Origin: Macrostomum lignano | Lineage: Eukaryota | Length of the DNA: 64,000 nucleotides | Reading direction: 5' to 3' | Assembly (NCBI GenBank): GCA_002269645.1 | Contig: NIVC01000842.1 | Span: 1-64,000, forward strand | Part shown: positions 25,535-36,855 of the stretch, piece by piece | Layout of the letters: every line of letters starts with the position of its first letter | How positions within the stretch are numbered: the stretch's first letter is position 1 | Notes under the pieces: model-generated | What the model was told of the DNA's origin: nothing | What the model saw: only the letters and a program-made list of their open reading frames with translations | The model's database searches: none | Made by a program: the position numbers and the translations under genes

Positions 25535-28500
25535 TTAAATTCCATTTTGATGTGGGTTCTTCTGGTGGTGGTTCTTCTGGTGGTGGTTATTCTGGTGGTG
25601 GTTATTCTGCTGATGGTTATTGTTCTTCTGGTGGCCTCCGCCGATTTTTTCCTCGGAATGCTCGGTCAGAAAAGCGACGGGAGTTTTCGACAGAAGCAGA
25701 GCCGTGGCAGCGGTCGGACTGTCCAGCTGCAGGTCCTGGCGCTCTTGTTGGTCTTCGTCGTCACAAGTGGAAGCGGCGGCGGCGGCGGCGGCAGCAGCGG
25801 CGGCAGCGGCGGATTCTTCCGCGGCAACTAGTCTAGCCAGCTGTTGAAGTACGTCGCTGGCTAGAAGTCCAGACACGCCGGAGTCGATGTGCATCAATAG
25901 AAGGCTGGCGTCGCAGGCCAGTTGCTGCTCCGGTTGTTGCTGAGGCTGCTGAAGACCTCCGCGCTGCAGTCTGGCAAGCAGTCGGCGCCTGACTGGCGGC
26001 AGCAGGCAGGCCAGCCAGACCAGGCCGCTCACTCCGCTAGCCAGGGCGCACAGCAGCAGCCAGAGTGAGCCGGCAATGCACAGGCAGTTAACCAGAGACT
26101 CGTGGGCGAATTCGCACACCAGCTGGTGCGAGTGCTGATGATGCACGTGCAGCTCGCCGCCGTACTCGCAGTGAAAAGCGCCTGGCATGAGACCAGACTG
26201 CCAGTCCGGGTCCAGCAGAAGGCGCCTGGCAGGTCCCAGAGGATGCCCGGCAACAGCTGTGAACGGCTGGCCTAATAGGCGCAGACAGGCCAGAGCGAGG
26301 CCACATGTGGTCATCTTGGCAACGAGATAGACGGTTGCCAGGCAACAGGGTAGCAGGCTTGGACGGCGAAGTTCGTCGGCTAGATAAGCGGTGGCGTGGC
26401 TTCTCTCCAGCCACGGCTGCCACTGGCAGGCAACGCCAAGTTCCACCAACTCGTGGGCTCGACGGCCAATTAGTTGCCATAGCAATCGGGGCGTCGCCAT
26501 GGCAACAGCTATTCCGACGAATACGGCTGGTAGCCAGCGTAGGTAATCTGTGGGAGACAGTTTCAGGGGTAGACGATGTTGGCTCCTACTGACTCTGGAG
26601 TCACCCTGTTGCGTTTTCGCGTAAATGACTTTATTACACTATTTATCAGTGCCTCTAGATGAAGCGTCAGGGTATCAACACGTATCTCGGTGTGATAATT
26701 ACAGAATCTTTAATTTATCCAGTCTTCATCACAATACACCGAAAACTTAGTTCCACTTCACCAGACCATTGGCATCGCGCCATACCTATCCATATTGATA
26801 TAAACAAAAATCTATTTATAGAATCCTACAAGTCCCCAATACTGAGATAGAGGCTTCAAGGCAATCATCTGCTGCAGGGTAGACGGTACACTTCGTCTAC
26901 TTAGTGCCATTCGGCTCTTGTAGCCAAAATGCAATTTTCTCTCAAAGCTTGGCCTGCAAGCAAGGGGCAACACGCTCATAGAATATTCAGCTTCTCTTCT
27001 CCATCAGAGCTTTCCGAGCGCTTGTCCGGATGTTCCTTGGCTGGCTAGAAAATTGATGAAAAATTGTTGGCTTAGGGAGTTACACGAGGGAGAATGGAAA
27101 GGGGGTGGCAGACAGGCAGGGAAGAGTCGTGGGCGGGATGGTTGAGCCGAAATTTCTAAATTTAACACTTTTTGGGATACTGAAACCGCGATGGAAAAAG
27201 ACGAATGGGACAAGGTTTTGTACTTTTATGCGTTGAGCATATGCGATTTGCGGCTAAGTTGACTCTAGTCCTGTCGTTGCACACGGGCTTCTAAATCTGT
27301 GCTTAAAACATTCTGACAGCAGATTACTAGAAATAGGATACTGAAATCTCTTCTGTCAAGCTTTAGTTAACCCTCTATCCTGTCTCTTTGCCCCTGTATC
27401 CTCTGCACTACCCTTCAGTCTTCTAACTTCTACCCTACCTCTCTTACTCTACCCTACCTCTCTCGCCCTATTCTAACTCTCTCACTCTAGCCTAGCTCTC
27501 TCATTCTACCCTACCTCTTTCGCCATACCCCAACTCTCTCCCTCTACCTTAACTCTCTCCCTCTAACCCTACCTTTCTTCTTCTACCCTACCTCTCTCCG
27601 TATACCTCTCTCCGTATACCTCTCTCCGTATACCTCTCCCTCTACCATACCTCTCTCCCTCTACCTTACATTTCTCTTTTCTACCTACTCTCTCGCTGTA
27701 TGTACCTCTCTTCCTATACCCTACCTCTCTCCCTCTACTCTACCTCTCTCCCTATACCCTACCTCTCCCTCTACCCTTACATCTCTTTCTACCCTAACTT
27801 CAATTTCTCTAACTCACCCGCTATCCTACCTCTTCCTCTTTTGAACCTCTGCCCTTATCACACCTCTTGATATCCTTCCCTAAGACTCTTCAATCAAATT
27901 TTCCTTTTTGTCCCTCTAACCAAAACCCTTTCCGCCTCTTTAACTAACCTGGCACTTACTCCCTATGAACTGAGACCAAACCCGCCTTCGATCAGAAATT
28001 TAATCACTTCCTAGTTGACTACGCGACTGTAAGGATATCGTAAAAAGTCTTTAAATCAGCCATAGTAACTCGGATTAATTGTAAACCCCCCCAGCAACCC
28101 TGTAAGTCTGAAATGATCCTACATCTACTGTTTTTTACGAGCCAAGTCTTGCGGTCCAATATATCTAGTCTTTCATTGTTCGAATTCGTTTTCCTTGGTT
28201 AATTAGTCAAGTTCTTCTACGGTCCCATGGAGGACCCATGGTGGAAGGGGCAGACTCATGATCTGTAATTTTGCTCCCCGAGGCTAAAAGTTGTTTTGAA
28301 AAGTTTTGTAATGAGCCTGCACAGCTGTTCTGTGGGATACTGCAGCTTGTTCCCTATTATCTGGTCTGACGGTGATTTTGAATATCGCAGTTTAGAATTT
28401 TTATGAATTTTTCCATCGGGGCCCTGAATCTCATAAATAAAGTTCTGCATCTCATACTTGGGGTCCTGATTATCAGAAATGGGGTCCTGAATCTCATACT

Positions 28501-29982
28501 TGGGGTCCTGATTATCAGAAAAATTGGGTCCTGAATCTCATACTTGGGGTCCTGATTATCAGAAATGGGGTCCTGAATCTCAAAAATCGGGTCCTGAATC
28601 TCAGAAATGGGGTCCTTAATCTCATAAATAGGGTCCTGAATCTCAGAAATGGGGTCCTGAATCTTATAAATAGGGTCCTGAATCTCAAATTTGAGTCCTA
28701 AATCTCAAAAAAGATATCCTTTATCTCAATAATAGTAGCCAGAATCTAAAAAATTGGGTTCTAACTCTCAGAAATGGGGTTCTCAATCTCAAAAAATGAT
28801 ATCCTTCATCTTATAAATGGTGGCCTGAATCTCAGAAAGTAGGTCCTAAATTTCATAAATAAGGTCCTGAATCTCAATAATGGGGTCCTGAATCTCGGAA
28901 CTGGGGTCCTGAATCTCATAAATCGGGTCCCGAATCTCTTAAATAGGGTCCTGAATCTCAGAACTGGGGTCCTGAATCTCAGAAAATTGGGCCATGAATC
29001 GCAGAAACAGGGTTCTAAATCTCAGAACTGGATCCTGAATCTCAGGAATGGGGTCCTGAATCTCATAAATAGGGTCTTGAATCTCTTAAATAGGGTCCTG
29101 AATCTCAGGACTGGGGTCCTGAATCTCAGAAATGGGGTCCTGAATCTCAGAAATGTGGTCCTGAATCTCAGAAATGGGGTCCTGAATCTCAGAAATGGGG
29201 TCCTGAATCTTAGTAATGGGGTCCTGAATCTCAGAAATGGGGTCCTGAATCTCAGAAATGGGGTCCTGAATCTCAGAAATGGGGTCCTGAATCTCAGAAA
29301 TGGGGTTCTGAATCTCATAAATGGGGTCCTGAATCTCAGAAATGGGGTCCTGAATCTCAGAAATGGGGTCCTGAATCTCAGAAATGGGGTCCTGAATCTC
29401 AGAAATGGGGTCCTGAATCTCAGAAATGGGGTCCTGAATCTCAGAAATGGGGTCCTGAATCTCATAAATGTGGTCCTGAATCTCAGAAATGTGGTCCTGA
29501 ATCTTATAAATAGGGTCCTGAATCTCAGAAATGGGGCCCTGAATCTCATAAATGTGGTCCTGAATCTCATAAATGGGGTCCTGAAACTCAGAAATGGGCC
29601 TTCTCTTCAATTTCACAACTAGGGATGCTGAATCTCAGAAGTAGGCAAGAGTGCTATCTGTTAAAGAAAACTCACTTTTCACCGGCACTCCCTGTCCGTA
29701 CGGCCCCTGTGAGGTCTTGTTAACTTCTTCGTACAGCAGCGGAGCCTCCCAGCAGAAGGTCTCGGCGTGCTCAAGCCAGGCGTGGTTGAACTCCTTGGGC
29801 GCCAGGCAGCGTAGTGGCGACGGCAGCGAACTCCAGTGCATCACGGCCGAGGAGTACATGGAAAATAGGCTGAACAGAGCAGCCGAACCCAGCCAGCAGG
29901 CTCGGTCGAACCAGTCCTCGGCTGTGCCCTGACCCGGCCAGCTCGGCATGGCGATCTGCGCGACGGGAGAAGCTGGCGGCAT
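25535..29982 (-). CDS. Divergent innexin/pannexin-family channel protein, 2 exons, about 439 aa
   Basis: Exon 1 (29982-29676): EDWFDR-TM1-LRCLAPKEFNHAWLEHAETFCW, donor GTGAGT in phase 1. Exon 2 (26547-25535): YLRWLP-TM2 (ATPRLLW), LATVYLVAK-TM3, DWQSG.MPGAFHCEY...QLVCEF-TM4, and C-terminal LACDASLLLMHID...DVLQQL. It has four TM segments and two Cys per extracellular loop, colinear with the innexin signature. Confidence 0.85.
27400..27830. repeat. Pyrimidine-rich degenerate repeat (CTACCCTACCTCTCTCCCT-like) in the innexin intron
   Basis: Directly visible, related to the 19-mer family at 32.5-36.1 kb. Confidence 0.8.
28418..29640. repeat. 21-bp minisatellite (GGGTCCTGAATCTCAGAAATG) in the innexin intron
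   Basis: Homogeneous core with degenerate edges. It explains the LRNGVLN/ISEIQDP/FRTPFLR ORFs. Confidence 0.95.
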
Positions 29983-31822
29983 TGGGTCAGTGGGGCAAGG
30001 AGCTCGGGTGATGGGTCAGTGGGTCAGGAAGCTTGGGTGATGGGTCAGTGGGTCAAGGATCTCGGGTGATGGGTCAATGGGTCAGGAAGCTTGGGTGATG
30101 GGTCAGTGGGTCAAGGAGCTCGGGTGATGGTTCAGTGGGTCAGGAAGCTTGGGTAATGGGTCAGTGGGTCAAGGATCGAGCTCAGGTGATGGGTCAGTGG
30201 GTCAAGGAGCTTGGGTGATGAGTCAGTGGGTCAAGGAGCTCAGGTGATGGGTCAGTGGGTCAGGAAGCTTGGGTAATGGGTCAGTGGGTCAAGGAGCTCA
30301 GGTGATGGGTCAGTGGGTCAAGGAGCTTGGGTGATGACTCAGTGGGTCAAGGAGCTCAAGTGATGGGTCAGTTGGTCAAGGAGCTCGGGTGATGGGTCAG
30401 TGGGTCAAGGAGCTTGGGTGATGAGTCAGTGGGTCAAGGAGCTTGGGTGATGAGTCAGTGGGTCAAGGAGCTCGGGTGATGGGTCAGTGGGTCAAGGATC
30501 TCGGGTGATGGGTCAGTGGGTCAAGGATCTCGGGTGATGGGTCAGTGGGTCAGGAAGCTTGGGTGATGGGTCAGTGGGTCAAGGAGCTCGGGTGATGGTT
30601 CAGTGGGTCAGGAAGCTTGGGTAATGGGTCAGTGGGTCAAGGAGCTCAGGTGATGGGTCAGTGGGTCAAGGAGCTTGGGTGATGAGTCAGTGGGTCAAGG
30701 AGCTCAGGTGATGGGTCAGTGGGTCAGGAAGCTTGGGTAATGGGTCAGTGGGTCAAGGAGCTCAGGTGATGGGTCAGTTGGTCAAGGAGCTCGGGTGATG
30801 GGTCAGTGGGTCAAGGAGCTTGGGTGATGAGTCAGTGGGTCAAGGAGCTTGGGTGATGAGTCAGTGGGTCAAGGATCGCGGGTGATGGGTCAGTGGGTCA
30901 AGGATCGCGGGTGATGGGTCAGTGGGTCAAGGATCTCGGGTGATGGGTCAGTGGGTCAGGAAGCTTGGGTGATGGGTCAGTGGGTCAAGGAGCTCGGGTG
31001 ATGGTTCAGTGGGTCAGGAAGCTTGGGTAATGGGTCAGTGGGTCAAGGAGCTCAGGTGATGGGTCAGTGGGTCAAGGAGCTTGGGTGATGACTCAGTGGG
31101 TCAAGGAGCTCAAGTGATGGTTCAGTTGTTCAAGGAGCTCGGGTTATGAGTCAGTGGGTCAAGGAGCTTGGGTGATGAGTCAGTGGGTCAAAGAGCTCGG
31201 GTGATGAGTCAGTGGGTCAAGGAGCTCAAGTGATGGGTCAGTTGGTCAAAGAGCTTGGGTGATGGGTCAGTGGGTCAAGGAGCTTGGGTGATGACTCAGT
31301 GGGTCAAGGAGCTCAAGTGATGGTTCAGTTGTTCAGGGAGCTCGGGTTATGAGTCAGTGGGTCAAGGAGCTCGGGTGATGGGTCAGTGGGTCAAGGAGCT
31401 TGGGTGATGAGTCAGTGGGTCAAAGAGCTCGGGTGATGAGTCAGTGGGTCAAGGAGCTCAAGTGATGGGTCAGTTGGTCAAAGAGCTTGGGTGATGGGTC
31501 AGTGGGTCAAGGAGCTTGGGTGATGAGTCAGTGGGTCAAAGAGCTCGGGTGATGAGTCAGTGGGTCAAGGAGCTCAAGTGATGGGTCAGTTGGTCAAGGA
31601 GCTCGGGTGATGGGTCAGTGGATCAAGGAGCTTAGGTGATAAGTCAGTGGGTCAAGGAGTTCAAGTGATGGGTCAGTTGGTCAAGGAGCTCGGGTTATGA
31701 GTCAGTGGGTCAAAGAGCTCGGGTGATGAGTCAGTTGGTCAAGGAGCTTGGGTGATGGGTCAGTTGGTCAAAGAGCTTGGGTGATGGGTCAGTGGGTCAA
31801 GGAGCTTAGATGATGGGTCAGT
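29983..31822. repeat. 29-bp G-rich minisatellite (GGGTGATGGGTCAGTGGGTCAAGGAGCTC)
   Basis: About 63 copies, starting immediately beside the innexin ATG. Confidence 0.96.
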
Positions 31823-32496
31823 GAGTAAAGTTTTAATAAGCAAACACTTGTAGACAGCAAAGTATTTATATATTACTCGCCTTTCGAACGACCAGTTGCA
31901 AAAGCAGAGTTTGAGAGTTTTTTCAAGTCTCCTGGCTAAGTAAGCCTCACACAGCCGTTCCCTTCTGTGAGTCTGTCTCCAGCCAAATCTCCTTTGCTTG
32001 GGGCTATCAGCGAAGGCTTATATTGATGTAAAAATAGTTCAGGGAGAAAGAGGGAGCGGAGCTGCGGCAAGAGGTTGAGGGAGTTTGAAGTGCAGAGCCT
32101 TCGCCTCCCCATCACCCTCCTGCCGGGGTTGGCCAGCTTCACCACGCAAGCAAGTAGCCTTTGTCCACCACCCAGCTTAGGGAGAGACAGGGAGGGTCCT
32201 CGCCATCCTGTGTGTATAGCCTGTGTAGATGAGAGAAGAGCGAGATAGACTGGCGCTAAAGTATGCTAGCGCGGAATCCTGTTTGGCGTGGAACTTTATC
32301 CTCTAACTCTCTTATAGTTAAGCTGGCTGTGGGCGCTGCTGTATTTTTTATATTCACTGTTGCTAACCGGCAGGCTTAGAAAATTAGGAGAGTCTGTCAA
32401 ATGACCATCTAGCTTTGCCGTCATTCTGTATGTGAAATTAGGGAGCTCAGCCTCTTACAGTCCGCTGGAATTCACCGGGCCAGACAAAAACTCTAC

Positions 32497-33740
32497 CTCT
32501 CTCTGTCTTAGGCTACCTCTCTCACTCTCGCCTCTTTCCTTTTAGCCTACCTCTCTCCCTCTAGCCTTCCTCTCTCCCTCTAGCCTTCCTCTCTCCCTCT
32601 AGCCTTCCTCTCTCCCTCTAGCCTTCCTCTCTCCCTCTAGCCTTCCTCTCTCCCTCTAGCCTTCCTCTCTCCCTCTAGCCTTCCTCTCTCCCTCTAGCCT
32701 TCCTTTCTCCCTCTAGCCTTCCTTTCTCCCTCTAGCCTTCCTCTCTCCCTCTAGCCTTCCTCTCTCCCTCTAGCCTACCTCTCTCCCTCTAGCCTTCCTC
32801 TCTCCCTCTAGCCTTCCTTTCTCCCTCTAGCCTTCCTCTCTCCCTCTAGCCTTCCTTTCTCCTTCTAGCCTACCTCTCTCCCTCTAGCCTCTTTCCCTTT
32901 AGCCTTCCTCTCTCTCTTTAGCCTTCCTCTCTCCCTTTAGCCTTCCTCTCTCCCTCTAGCCTTCCTCTCTCCCTCTAGCCTTCCTTTCTCCCTCTAGCCT
33001 TCCTCTCTCCCTCTAGCCTTCCTTTCTCCCTCTAGCCTTCCTCTCTCCCTCTAGCCTTCCTTTCTCCCTCTAGCCTTCCTCTCTCCCTCTAGCCTTCCTT
33101 TCTCCCTCTAGCCTTCCTCTCTCCCTCTAGCCTTCCTCTCTCCCTCTAGCCTTCCTCTCTCCCTCTAGCCTTCCTCTCTCCCTCTAGCCTTCCTTTCTCC
33201 CTCTAGCCTTCCTCTCTCCCTCTAGCCTCTTTCCCTTTAGCCTTCCTCTCTCTCTTTAGCCTTCCTCTCTCCCTTTAGCCTTCCTCTCTCCCTCTAGCCT
33301 ACCTCTCTCCCTCTAGCCTACCTCTCTTCCTCTAGTCTACCTAGCCTATCTAGTCTATCTAGTCTAGTCTAGTCTAGTCTAGTCTAGTCTAGTCTAGTCT
33401 ATCTAGCCAGACAAAAACTCTATCTAGGCTACCTCTCTCCCTCTAGTCTACTTCTCTCCCTCCCTCTAGCTTACCTCTCTCCCTCTACCCTACCTCTCTC
33501 CCTCTAGCCTACCTCTCTCACTCTAGCCTACCTCTCTCTACCCTACCTCTCTCCCTCTAGCCTACCTCTCTCTAGCCTACCTCTCTTCCTCTAGTCTACC
33601 TCTCTCTCTAGACTAGCTCTCTCACTCTACCCTACCTCTCTCCCTCTAGCCTACCTTTCTCTCTCTACCCTACCCTACCTCTCTCCCTGTACCCTACCTC
33701 TCTCACTCTCTCTCTCTTCTCTCTACCCTACATCTAAACC
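32497..33740. repeat. 19-bp pyrimidine-rich minisatellite (CTAGCCTTCCTCTCTCCCT) with an embedded (CTAGT)n run
   Basis: Directly visible. Confidence 0.93.
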
Positions 33741-34369
33741 TACATGTTTCCGTTAGTTTTCTATAGTTTAGCCGCAACTCTAGTTGCTTTTAGTGACTCT
33801 GCCATCCTGTCCCAGGGTGCTGAAATCAGAGTGAAAAATATATATTAGGCAGGTTTTTTTCAATTGTTATTGGAGACTTTCGATTTCTGAGAATAACTCT
33901 CTTTTAGAAACGTGACTAGCCATAATATTCACTTCAAGGCTGCCTGATATTTCGGCCTCAGCAATGTTCCGTGTTTTTTTTTCAATTCATGCCTTTGGCT
34001 TTCTGCTCTCGCGATTCAATTGACTTTTCTGTATAGATCCATCCGTCTTAGAACAGCTGAATTCTCTGTTTTTCTCCTGCTTTTCTGCCTGAAATCGCCT
34101 CCATTCTGCTTCTAGCATCTTCCTGGGGCCTATGGCTGGGCGTCTGCGACTGTCTCGTGTGGGACAGCTGTTAGACTAATTAAAACAAGCGGCTGGGCCT
34201 ACAGCTTTATCATTTTGGGCAATAAGCATGGAGAATAGAAAGAGTGCCCGAGGCAAAGGCAGTGGAGGGCAAGGGAAAGCAAGTGAGGGATATGAACGAA
34301 ACATTGCGGATGTACTAAATTAATTAGTAAGAGAGAGTTGTGGGTGTGAGAAGAAAGAGGCAGGCTAGA

Positions 34370-36140
34370 GGAATAGAGGTAGAGAGACTGAGAGAGGTTG
34401 TGTAGAGAAAGAGAGGTAGGGTAGAGTGAGAGAGGTAGGGTAGAGGGAGAGCCGTAGTGTAGAGTGAGAGAGGTAGGATATAGTGAGAGAGTTTGAGTCG
34501 AGGGGTAGAGGTACGCTAAAGGGGAGTAGAGGTACATGTAGGCTAGAGGAAGAGAGGTAGATTAGAGGGTAGATCAGTGGGAGAGAGGTAGATCAGGGAG
34601 ACAGAGAGGTAGATCAGTGGGAGAGAGGTAGATCAGAGGGAGAGAGGTAAATCAGAGAGGCAGAGAGGTAGATCAGAGAGAGAGAGGTAGATCAGTGGGA
34701 GAGAGGTAGATCAGAGGGAGAGAGGTAGATCAGTGGGACAGAGGTAGATCAGTGGGAGAGAGGTAGATCAGGGAGACAGAGAGGTAGATCAGTGGGAGAG
34801 AGGTAGATCAGAGGGAGAGAGGTAGATCAGAGGGAGAGAGGTAAATCAGAGAGACAGAGAGGTAGATCAGAGGGAGAGAGGTAGATCAGTGGGAGAGAGG
34901 TAGATCAGGGAGACAGAGAGGTAGATCAGTGGGAGAGAGGTAGATCAGGGAGACAGAGAGGTAGATCAGTGGGACAGAGGTAGATCAGTGGGAGAGAGGT
35001 AGATCAGAGAGACAGAGAGGTAGATCAGTGGGAGAGAGGTAGATCAGGGAGACAGAGAGGTAGATCAGTGGGAGAGGGGTAGATCAGAGGGAGAGAGGTA
35101 GATCAGAGGGAGAGAGGTAAATCAGAGAGGCAGAGAGGTAGATCAGAGGGAGAGAGGTAGATCAGTGGGACAGAGGTAGATCAGTGGGAGAGAGGTAGAT
35201 CAGAGAGACAGAGAGGTAGGCCAGTGGGAGAGAGGTAGATCAGGGAGACAGAGAGGTAGATCAGTGGGAGAGAGGTAGATCAGTGGGAGAGAGGTAGATC
35301 AGAGGTAGGGAGGTAGATCAGTGGGAGAGAGGTAGATCAGAGGGAGAGAGGTAGATCAGTGGGAGAGAGGTAGATCAGGGAGACAGAGAGGTAGATCAGT
35401 GGGAGAGAGGTAAATCAGAGAGGCAGAGAGGTAGATCAGAGGGAGAGAGGTAGATCAGTGGGAGAGAGGTAGATCAGAGGGAGAGAGGTAGATCAGAGGG
35501 AGAGAGGTAGATCAGAGAGAAGTAGATCAGAGGAAAGAGGTAGATCAGTAGGAAAGAGGTAGATCAGTGGGAGAGAGTTAGATCAGAGGGAGAGAGGTAG
35601 ATCAGTGGGAGAGAGGTAGATCAGAGGGAGAGAGGTAGATCAGAGAGGCAGAGAGGTAGATCAGTGGGAGAGAGGTGGATCAGTGGGAGAGAGGTAGATC
35701 AGAGGGAGAGAGGTAGATCAGAGGGAGAGAGGTAGATCAGAGGGAGAGAGGTAGATCAGAGAGAAGTAGATCAGAGGAAAGAGGTAGATCAGTAGGAAAG
35801 AGGTAGATCAGTGGGAGAGAGTTAGATCAGAGGGAGAGAGGTAGATCAGTGGGAGAGAGGTAGATCAGAGAGACAGAGAGGTAGATCAGAGGGAGAGAGG
35901 TAGATCAGTGGGAGAGAGTTAGATCAGAGGGAGAGAGGTAGATCAGTGGGAGAGAGGTAGATCAGAGAGACAGAGAGGTAGATCAGAGGGAGAGAGGTAG
36001 ATCAGTGGGAGAGAGGTAGATCAGTGGGAGAGAGGTAGATCAGAGGGAGAGAGGTAGATCAGAGAGAGGTAGATCAGTGGGAGAGAGGTAGATCAGAGGG
36101 AGAGAGGTAGATTAGATACAGCGAGGTAGATCAGAGGGTA
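34370..36140. repeat. 19/21-bp purine-rich minisatellite (GAGAGGTAGATCAG[T/A]GGGA)
   Basis: Directly visible. Confidence 0.93.
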
Positions 36141-36855
36141 AAATGTATAAAATGTGCAAAAGATGTTTATTCCTTTTGCATGTAAATCATAGTGTCATAA
36201 GCTTCCTTAATCAAGTATTATATTATACTCTTTTCAAATCATCAATATACCGTAGAGGCGCTGAATCAATTCAGTCTATACTCCAGCACTAAAATATTCT
36301 ATATTTAGAAACAGATATTGGGCATAATTCTCGCTATAGAGACCTGCCGATCTCCAACAATTGTGCCAAGAATCTGAGCGGAACTTCGGCAGTTCCGCCT
36401 AACTGTGTTTATATAAGGCATATGTAAAATAATTCCCAAGCATTTTTTCGACCTCTCACAGTCTGTCCGTGATTTTGGGTGCTATTTATAGTTGGCTTAT
36501 TGGACTTGACAGGCCGCAGGCGTAAGCGGACGAAAAAGCTGGGAGAGAATGGGAAGTCAAGGGATGATTGAAGAGCACTATATGTAGAAGACCATATAGT
36601 CAAGGATTGTGTGTTTACTCATCAACTGCTCCATGGTGATGTATTATTATTAACTGGTTGTAGTGTACTCAGCTGCATTGGGGCGATGCCTATCTAGTAT
36701 ATTAGAGGATAGTAATTTTCGTAATAAGGGCAATATGCACTTTCTTTATTTAAGGCGAGTCAATCATCTGGGGCTTGTTAGCATTCTTGGTGCAAACACA
36801 CAAATATTTAACAGATGGAGAGATTTAAAATCAAATAAGCTACTAACATCTCTAC

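Noticed and set aside
28987-29622. LRR-looking ORF (LRNGVLN repeats) and overlapping antisense ORFs
   Set aside because: A 21-bp intronic minisatellite open in several frames; the 7-aa period is not an LRR.
33800-34130. Minus-strand charged, coiled-coil-like reading (MLEAEWRRFQAEKQEKNREF...)
   Set aside because: It is interrupted by a stop and has no identifiable family; at most a decayed retroelement fragment.
36378-36398. Perfect 8-bp hairpin GCGGAACT-TCGGC-AGTTCCGC, possibly a Helitron 3' end or terminator
   Set aside because: The spacing to a CTRR end does not fit, no matching 5' TC end was identified, and intrinsic terminators are not relevant in this eukaryotic context.
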